Source: Candidatus Scalindua sp.
Lineage (GTDB): Bacteria; Planctomycetota; Brocadiia; Brocadiales; Scalinduaceae
DNA length: 32,000 bases
Direction: 5' to 3'
Assembly (NCBI GenBank): GCA_031316235.1
Contig: JALDRA010000001.1
Coordinates: 4,117,783 to 4,149,782, forward strand
Shown here: positions 26,640 through 32,000 of the stretch, one piece after another
How the letters are laid out: the number at the start of each line of letters is the position of its first letter
Numbering within the stretch: position 1 is the stretch's first letter
The notes under the pieces: generated by a model
What the model was told of the DNA's origin: nothing
Databases searched by the model: none
What the model saw: only the letters and a program-made list of their open reading frames with translations
Made by a program: the position numbers and the translations under genes

Positions 26640-27319
26640 ATATCTTTCTCAAATCGGCGGAAATGTGCTGGCTCCATCACTTCAGGCCGTATACGCTTAC
26701 GGAGGACTTCCCGAACAAAGGCCACTCGATCCACAAGACGCAACTCCGGATACACCCGGTCGATCGCCTCAATTAGCACCAACTCCTCAACGGCAATGGC
26801 TATTCCTGGATCGAACCAATGCGCTGGTTCTTGCCATTCCCGTCCCTGTTTCAGCACTTTACCACCGAAACCGACCACTGATTTAAGTTGGATGTCAGTT
26901 ACGAGTCTTTCCTTGACGAAGTGGGCAGGCTCCATCCAGTCGGTTCTCAGTTTCAAGTTGAGTGCATCGAACCAGATTAAGTACAGATTGTAGTTTCCCG
27001 CCGCGACCTTCCATGGATACGGCGATGGTCCAAATACTTTGGATAGTTCCTTATCGAAAAGCGTATCTTTGAGGTGTTCCGACCCCATACAAACACGCTT
27101 CTGTTCACCTTTGTCTCCAACCTCTAACAAGACCGGCACGGTAGTAGTTACAACAAACCCGATTTGCCGGGAAACTCTGTCGAAAACATTGTCTATTTCC
27201 TTCTGGTATTTTTCCCGAATGTTTTTGTATATAATGGTCAAATCATCATACAGTTTGACGACTGCCGGATGAGCTGGTTCAACCCAATCGCGTATATGTG
27301 CAAATGTTTTTTCTTCCAT
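26609..27319 (-). CDS. repeat protein with four W-x-EPAH-[FW] motifs; no family recognised
   Basis: 236 aa with a good SD (GGAGGTG, 6 nt before the ATG). The motifs are DWVEPAHP (aa 12-19), DWMEPAHF (127-134), EWQEPAHW (161-168) and EVMEPAHF (213-220). The EPAH codons are at 27269-27280, 26921-26932, 26819-26830 and 26663-26674. It lies 111 bp downstream of, and co-directional with, the radical SAM gene. Confidence 0.75.
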   Translation of the reverse strand: MEEKTFAHIRDWVEPAHPAVVKLYDDLTIIYKNIREKYQKEIDNVFDRVSRQIGFVVTTTVPVLLEVGDKGEQKRVCMGSEHLKDTLFDKELSKVFGPSPYPWKVAAGNYNLYLIWFDALNLKLRTDWMEPAHFVKERLVTDIQLKSVVGFGGKVLKQGREWQEPAHWFDPGIAIAVEELVLIEAIDRVYPELRLVDRVAFVREVLRKRIRPEVMEPAHFRRFEKDMCPEGPEGNR

Positions 27320-27430
27320 AATTGCACCTCCGTATGTTATGTAATATAAAGTTAAAATATACTAGTCTTTCTCTTGCCTTGTGCTCATACATTCCAGGTA
27401 CTCTGTGGGTTAGCGCAGGAAAATGGTGTT

Positions 27431-29209
27431 TCACCCCCTTTCTTCTTTTTGCTGAGCCAGTCGGTTCTTAAACATGTGATATGGAATCGGCGCCGGCGTC
27501 ACCCCCAACAAGTCTGTCTCATTCATCCATTCGAACCCTGGTGTCAAAAACTCCAACTTCTCCAGACTCTCCAGGCCGTAGTAAGGCATAGGTTTGCAGT
27601 TCAGGAAGGGCAGAGACACCATATTTGACACAAGCCTCGATGCACCGGCAGCCTGGCCACGACGATCGTACGTGTTACCCAACCAGCGCAGAATGCGCTC
27701 GCCTTGAGCGTGTAGATCCCTGCTCCTCTCGTCAACCTGTTCACGCATCTCTCGGGCAAAGCCCCGTATTATGACATGATCGTTTGTATCTGCTGTCGCC
27801 ACGAAGTCGTAAATCTGGCACAGGCACTCGTACGTATCCAGGTTTGTCCGCTTAATAAAGTTGCGCACAGATGCACGCAGCGACTGCGTTAGCACTTCCG
27901 GATAGAACCGCCGCAATAGCTGGAAATAGAAGTCCACCTGCATGTTGAAGTAGTGCAATCCGAAATCGCTGAAATTGCGATCAAAGAAGGCGTAGTTGGC
28001 AATTTGGTGAAAAGCCTCAGAGCGCGGGTCTTTGAGCCGGTAATCGAATCCAAAGTAGTCGCCAAGCAACCTGCCTTCAGCCTGCAGTTTCGCCTCTAAC
28101 CCGGTACCGGGGTAAGCCTCTGCACGACAGAAGTTGAACGGATTATCGATGTGCCGTTCAATGAAGTGTAAGTTGACCAGGATATCCTCTAAAACCGTGT
28201 CAGGCTCGAACATGAGTAAGTTAAAGGCGAGGTGAACATCGAAATCATTGAGAATGCGCAGTGCGTTCAGTATCTGATCGAGAGTACATTTGCGGTTCAG
28301 GTTACGCAGCCCATTTTCATGTGCGTTTTCAACTCCTAAGAATACTCGAAACAGCCCCAAGTCGTCCAGCACGCGGATCGAGTCGCAGGTAATGCTGTCG
28401 GGCCGCGCCTTGACTGCTATAGCAATCCCCTCGATTCCTTCCTGCTGCAGTCTGGCCCGCAGTTCCTCAAAGCGGCGAAGCGCCTTCTCCGGTTTTGGGA
28501 GAAAGAAATTGTCATCCTGAAAATTAAAGATACGAACATCATGATGAAAGTAGAGATCCTTCATCTCTGTCACGATGTTCTCCACGCTTCGTACCCGAAA
28601 CTTCTTTCCACCTCCCCTTTCGTACCAGGCGTTGATGCTGCAAAAGGCGCAGTTACGCCAGCATCCCCGGCTGGTCAGGATGCTCGCAATGGGCTTATCG
28701 AAGTATTCATGGAATGTTATACGTTTTGGGAACGGTAATGCGTCGAGATTATCTTGATTGCCGGTTGTAAGGTTGGTTGTTACTGATCCATCAGATTTTC
28801 GGTAGCAAAGGCCGTGTACCCTGGTTAAATCTTCCAGATGGTCGGCCAATGCGCAAACAAGCTGTTCGCCTTCTCCCAGGCAGACCGAATCGAATGCGGG
28901 AAAATCCCGGAGTAGATGTTCCGAATTGAACGATGCAAATGGACCACCGGCGATCAGGTGACCACGGTAACTCCCTTCCCGGAACGCTTGCGCCAGATGG
29001 CAAAATTCTCGTGCACGGCCTGTGAACATCATAGACAAACCGATGATTTGAGGTGAAAAGGTGATCACCTGCTTTACTGCACCAGATATGTCAAACTCTG
29101 AATTGAAAGGAACGATTTCCACTTGATGTCCTTTGTGTTCTAATGCAGAGGCTATGTATCGCAGACCAAGGTTTTCTTCCAATTCTGCACCTACCAATGC
29201 AACTTTCAT
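27431..29209 (-). CDS. B12-binding-domain radical SAM enzyme (class B) with a long C-terminal extension
   Basis: 592 aa. The N-terminal cobalamin-binding domain reads MKVALVGAELEENLGLRYIASALEHKGHQVEIV...PQIIGLSMMF. The radical SAM cluster motif is SRGCWRNCAFCS (C183-x3-C187-x2-C190, complement of 28640-28663). About 250 residues of C-terminal domain of unknown role follow. Confidence 0.9.
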   Translation of the reverse strand: MKVALVGAELEENLGLRYIASALEHKGHQVEIVPFNSEFDISGAVKQVITFSPQIIGLSMMFTGRAREFCHLAQAFREGSYRGHLIAGGPFASFNSEHLLRDFPAFDSVCLGEGEQLVCALADHLEDLTRVHGLCYRKSDGSVTTNLTTGNQDNLDALPFPKRITFHEYFDKPIASILTSRGCWRNCAFCSINAWYERGGGKKFRVRSVENIVTEMKDLYFHHDVRIFNFQDDNFFLPKPEKALRRFEELRARLQQEGIEGIAIAVKARPDSITCDSIRVLDDLGLFRVFLGVENAHENGLRNLNRKCTLDQILNALRILNDFDVHLAFNLLMFEPDTVLEDILVNLHFIERHIDNPFNFCRAEAYPGTGLEAKLQAEGRLLGDYFGFDYRLKDPRSEAFHQIANYAFFDRNFSDFGLHYFNMQVDFYFQLLRRFYPEVLTQSLRASVRNFIKRTNLDTYECLCQIYDFVATADTNDHVIIRGFAREMREQVDERSRDLHAQGERILRWLGNTYDRRGQAAGASRLVSNMVSLPFLNCKPMPYYGLESLEKLEFLTPGFEWMNETDLLGVTPAPIPYHMFKNRLAQQKEERG

Positions 29210-29333
29210 ACGTCACCTCCTTATTATGGTGTAATTGGTAAGTTCCATAAGATCGTAGACACTTGTTAGTGGCACTAGCTGTGTCACAACATCGTCGACA
29301 CTCAACAAAATTCTTGAATAGAAATTCTGTTTT

Positions 29334-29745
29334 TTACGGGTCCCTGAGTTTATAAGATTCTGTCCTGATTAGTTGTTTTGGAGCCTCTGGTGCTGCCTGA
29401 TAATATACACTTAATTCTTTTTTCCTGGTATTTAGTATGGCCCATACATATTCAAAACTTAAAGCATTATTTATGTAAAATCCTTCATTGAGAATGGTAA
29501 TATCACCTTTTTCGTTTACCAAATGTATAAGATGTATTCTACCGTTTGTTATTGGTAATACCCACGATGGGTTGAAGGTGAAACCTTCGGGTAAAAAATT
29601 CTGAGTATAGCCCTTACAATATTGCTGAGAAAAAGTCTCTTTTTTATATTTCTGGTAATTGTTATGATTATTTCTAAATTTCTTTGATTCTACTCTTAGA
29701 TCCTTCAGGTCTCTGAAGCTCTTTGACTACCAGAGTAATTGGCAT
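29334..29745 (-). pseudogene. C-terminal remnant of an rve/integrase-type transposase (frameshifted)
   Basis: ATG 29745 has AGGAG 8 nt upstream, but that frame stops after 23 codons (MPITLVVKELQRPEGSKSRIKEI*). A second frame is open from about 29720 to 29334 with no ATG. It reads SFRDLKDLRVESKKFRNNHNNYQKYKKETFSQQYCKGYTQNFLPEGFTFNPSWVLPITNGRIHLIHLVNEKGDITILNEGFYINNALSFEYVWAILNTRKKELSVYYQ. This resembles the tail of integrase-core transposases as I recall them (G-I-LIR-V...G-I-I-E-F-I...L-EYV-A...L-VY). Spot GC count is 16-17 of 60. Confidence 0.4.
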
Positions 29746-29834
29746 TTTGTATCTCCTTCTCCAATTAATAATTATCAAAAAGTAGTTTGGCAAACAGTAA
29801 AAAAATTCGCTCAATGTAGGCTCTTTGCTCACGA

Positions 29835-30113
29835 TTATACGCCACTCTTGAATGAGGCTGGCGACAGTGTGAGTCGCCATTTCCCTGGTATTTCCATAGC
29901 GGGAAGTTCACCCGTCGTAGGGCTCCTGTACCTTTCTGCACTTAGCATGTCGCCGAAGGGCATCTCGGTTGTAGCCATTCCGGCCATGGTGACAGTTCCG
30001 CCCCCCATCATTTCGCCATCGGGCATTCCACTCGTCATACTCTCGACTCCGGTCATGTCACTACGTGGCATCTCGGTTACTCTAGTGTTGCTTGTTGCGT
30101 TCTTAGTATTCAT
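29835..30113 (-). CDS. Met-rich repeat ORF (92 aa), hypothetical
   Basis: MNTKNATSNTRVTEMPRSDMTGVESMTSGMPDGEMMGGGTVTMAGMATTEMPFGDMLSAERYRSPTTGELPAMEIPGKWRLTLSPASFKSGV. It has 13 Met in 92 residues and two TEMPxxDM units encoded by an imperfect 31-nt direct repeat (29946-29976 and 30054-30084). There is no clear SD and no signal peptide. A competing plus-strand ORF (29848..30153) covers the same DNA. Confidence 0.35.
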   Translation of the reverse strand: MNTKNATSNTRVTEMPRSDMTGVESMTSGMPDGEMMGGGTVTMAGMATTEMPFGDMLSAERYRSPTTGELPAMEIPGKWRLTLSPASFKSGV

Positions 30114-30535
30114 CTTTATAGATAATTTGTTGTTTTGTATATTATCTATTTGACAAATCTATAATTATGAATCAGAACTTGTAATTGTTCACCAAGACGT
30201 CATAAAAAAGAAAAAAATAATAAAAAACTTTTTATAGAAAATTATATACAATGGCTTTTGATCGGTTTCTTCATTTACTTTCTATAAAATATCAAAATTT
30301 TGATCTTTGAGTCTGCAATGTGCTAAACTATCGATTTAGATTTTTACTAGGGAAGAACGCCATAAAGTGAAAAATATAAGCTGTAAGTTGTGTGTTTAAT
30401 AAGCAAACCAGAAGCCAAACACTTAAACTGTTGAATTATCAAGTGTTAAGGAAATGATATATATTTAAGACGAGCTGATCCGTCATGAAATTGTTACGGC
30501 TGTGGAGTGAAACTTAGGCTGCACAACAGTTTAAG

Positions 30536-30577
30536 GCGTCACAAAAATGTGACGCTAGCGTCATTATTTTGTGACGG
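30536..30577. promoter_or_regulatory. tandem GCGTCA/TGACG palindromes upstream of the DUF4338 gene
   Basis: GCGTCACA-AAAA-TGTGACGC (30536-55, perfect 8-bp arms) is followed by CGTCA-N8-TGACG (30559-30576). Candidate IS end or protein-binding sites about 200 bp upstream of ATG 30757. Confidence 0.3.
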
Positions 30578-30756
30578 TTATGGTGTGAGTTCTTCAGGAT
30601 TAGCCACGAAATACACGGCGGAGGACACGAAAGAATATAACAAAAAATATTAAAATAGAGTATTTACCTTAGCATATAACACTACAGCGACATTTTTTTC
30701 TTACGCCTTTTGAGCGAATCGGTTAAACTCGCACCCATAGAGTACAGGAGGACTTT

Positions 30757-32000
30757 ATGGGTACGCCACCGGAAGGCCGCAGGCTTGTCATTCGAGGCCG
30801 GGAAATAAGCGAAGCGGATATAGCCGTTGTACGTGGTTTGATAGAGCACTATGGCAACCGAGGCCGGGTATATATCTCTATCAAGTTGTCAGAACATTGG
30901 CAATGGAAACAAGCTAACGGACATCTAAAAGATCGTGCATGCCGTAGTATACTGCAATCGTTGTCCGAGAGAGGGCTTATCCAACTGCCTGCTTCCAAAA
31001 GGGCACCATCATGCAAAAACGAACGTCCGTTAGAACATGTGAGGTTGGATACCACAGAAATCAAGGGAAACATAAAGGTGTTTCTTCCGTTAAAGATAAA
31101 GAGCGTAACGGATAAAGAAAGTGGCCGCATATGGAAGTACGTCAATAGAAGATATCACTATTTGGGCTATCGAGTATTAGTAGGGCAGAACATAAGGTAT
31201 TTAATATACAGCTCTGATCGATTAGTGGCGGCACTGGGCTGGCAATCCGCAGTAGAGCGGTTATATTGCAGGGACATTATCATAGGCTGGAATGTGCAGG
31301 AGCGCAGAAAGGCTTTAGACAAAGTACTAAACAATAGTCGCTTTCTGATCATGCCATGGGTAGAGGTAAAAAATATTGCATCACATATTTTATCACGAGT
31401 TGTCCGACAATTGCAGAAAGATTGGGTAGAGAAGTATGGCACCCGATTATTATTTCTGGAAACATTTATCGATCCATCAAAATTTTCAGGAACGTGTTAT
31501 CAGGCAGCTAACTGGGTAAAAATTGGCAACACGAAGGGCTATCGTAAAAAGCAGAAAGGATTTATATACCATGGAAACAGCAAGGAGGTTTATTTTTATG
31601 TATTAGATCCACAAGGCAGACAAAAGATTAAACAAGACAAAACAGAACCATTACTTACCCGAAAGTATCTCCTTTCAAACAGACCTTACAGCAATCTGCC
31701 ATTGGAAAGGAGAAGCAGTATGATAGTACGTCCCCCGGACTGGAGTCCTGAAGTAGAACCCGGAGTTGAATTGAGTGCAAGCGATATCGGAAAGCTTGCA
31801 ACAGAGTTGGAGAAGTATCACGCATTGTTTGAGGAGGGATTCAGACGGAAAGAGCAGAAAGATTTGAGCTTGTGCTATTTGCAGGGTTTATTAAGTAAGC
31901 TTGATCGTAAATCGATAGAGCCAATAGCACTTCGACTCCGAGGTAAAGATACAGTACGAAGCTTGCAACGGTTCATGGGAGAGTACAAGTGGGATGGAGA
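30757..32000 (+). CDS. DUF4338-domain protein continuous in frame with an IS701-type transposase N-terminus (partial, runs off the right edge)
   Basis: Absent from the ORF track (no stop in the window). I translated it codon by codon: ATG 30757 follows AGGAGG and the frame is open for 414 codons to the window end.
- DUF4338 hallmarks: RRYHYLGY, ALGWQSAV, LNNSRFLIMPWV, LLFLETFIDPSKFSGTCYQAANW.
- From Met322 (ATG 31720, preceded by AAGGAG) the sequence is IS701-transposase-like: FRRKEQKDLSLCYLQGLLSKLDRKSIEPIAL...LQRFMGEYKWD. Confidence 0.8.
   Translation, partial: MGTPPEGRRLVIRGREISEADIAVVRGLIEHYGNRGRVYISIKLSEHWQWKQANGHLKDRACRSILQSLSERGLIQLPASKRAPSCKNERPLEHVRLDTTEIKGNIKVFLPLKIKSVTDKESGRIWKYVNRRYHYLGYRVLVGQNIRYLIYSSDRLVAALGWQSAVERLYCRDIIIGWNVQERRKALDKVLNNSRFLIMPWVEVKNIASHILSRVVRQLQKDWVEKYGTRLLFLETFIDPSKFSGTCYQAANWVKIGNTKGYRKKQKGFIYHGNSKEVYFYVLDPQGRQKIKQDKTEPLLTRKYLLSNRPYSNLPLERRSSMIVRPPDWSPEVEPGVELSASDIGKLATELEKYHALFEEGFRRKEQKDLSLCYLQGLLSKLDRKSIEPIALRLRGKDTVRSLQRFMGEYKWDG

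Noticed and set aside
27521-27535. TTCGAACCC (tRNA T-arm-like) string
   Set aside because: It lies inside the radical SAM coding frame and has no surrounding cloverleaf. I found no tRNA in the window by eye.
29262-29305. CTAGCTGTGTCAC...GTCGACACT, weakly resembling the IS630 terminal repeat and its flank
   Set aside because: Only short interrupted matches (TGTCAC, GTCGACACT). There is no second end and no transposase frame, so it is most likely coincidental.
29674-29880. 68-aa ORF starting at ATG 29880
   Set aside because: Its first 45 codons overlap the 3' end of the Met-rich ORF and cross the sharp GC boundary. The internal ATG 29745 has the SD. I treated the whole stretch as part of the frameshifted transposase remnant.
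29848-30153. 101-aa plus-strand ORF overlapping the Met-rich ORF
   Set aside because: It has a TTG start with no SD, and its repeats (GIS/GIP) merely mirror the DNA repeat. I cannot strictly exclude it, so the Met-rich call is given low confidence rather than this ORF being reported as a feature.

Overview
This reads as a bacterial chromosomal segment; I cannot assign the organism from sequence alone. Its character changes from left to right.

- **1-10.7 kb, housekeeping genes:** a partial class-B radical SAM gene running off the left edge, ilvD, bioA, a rhodanese, a TolB-like lipoprotein, radC, and a 1137-aa M1/M28/PDZ protease.
- **10.7-20.1 kb, mixed region:** a 1-kb gene-free stretch, a DUF2513-like protein, a receiver-HDOD regulator, a thioredoxin-like/permease pair, an APH-like plus P-loop kinase, a decayed oxidoreductase pseudogene, and an AOX-like di-iron oxidase.
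- **20.3-32 kb, accessory DNA saturated with insertion sequences:**
  - an IS630-type element
  - an IS1380-type element that abuts a truncated IS66-type transposase gene
  - an orphan Dam-type methylase
  - a second IS66-type remnant
  - an integrase-type remnant
  - a DUF4338/IS701-type gene running off the right edge

Three things are not explained by ordinary gene annotation.

1. **Dispersed structured repeats.** A modular family of 62-141 bp intergenic repeats occurs in six copies in both orientations between 3.6 and 15.9 kb.
2. **An IS-flanked, relatively GC-rich block at 26.4-30.1 kb.** This is my best candidate for an undescribed system. A B12-binding radical SAM enzyme is followed by a 236-aa protein built around four W-x-EPAH-[FW] motifs. 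A Met-rich repeat ORF lies upstream, separated by a low-GC transposase remnant.
3. **A bracketed 4-kb segment.** A ~91-bp direct repeat derived from the oxidoreductase pseudogene flanks it.

I recognised no rRNA, tRNA or CRISPR array. All family assignments come from motifs read by eye; no database search was run.
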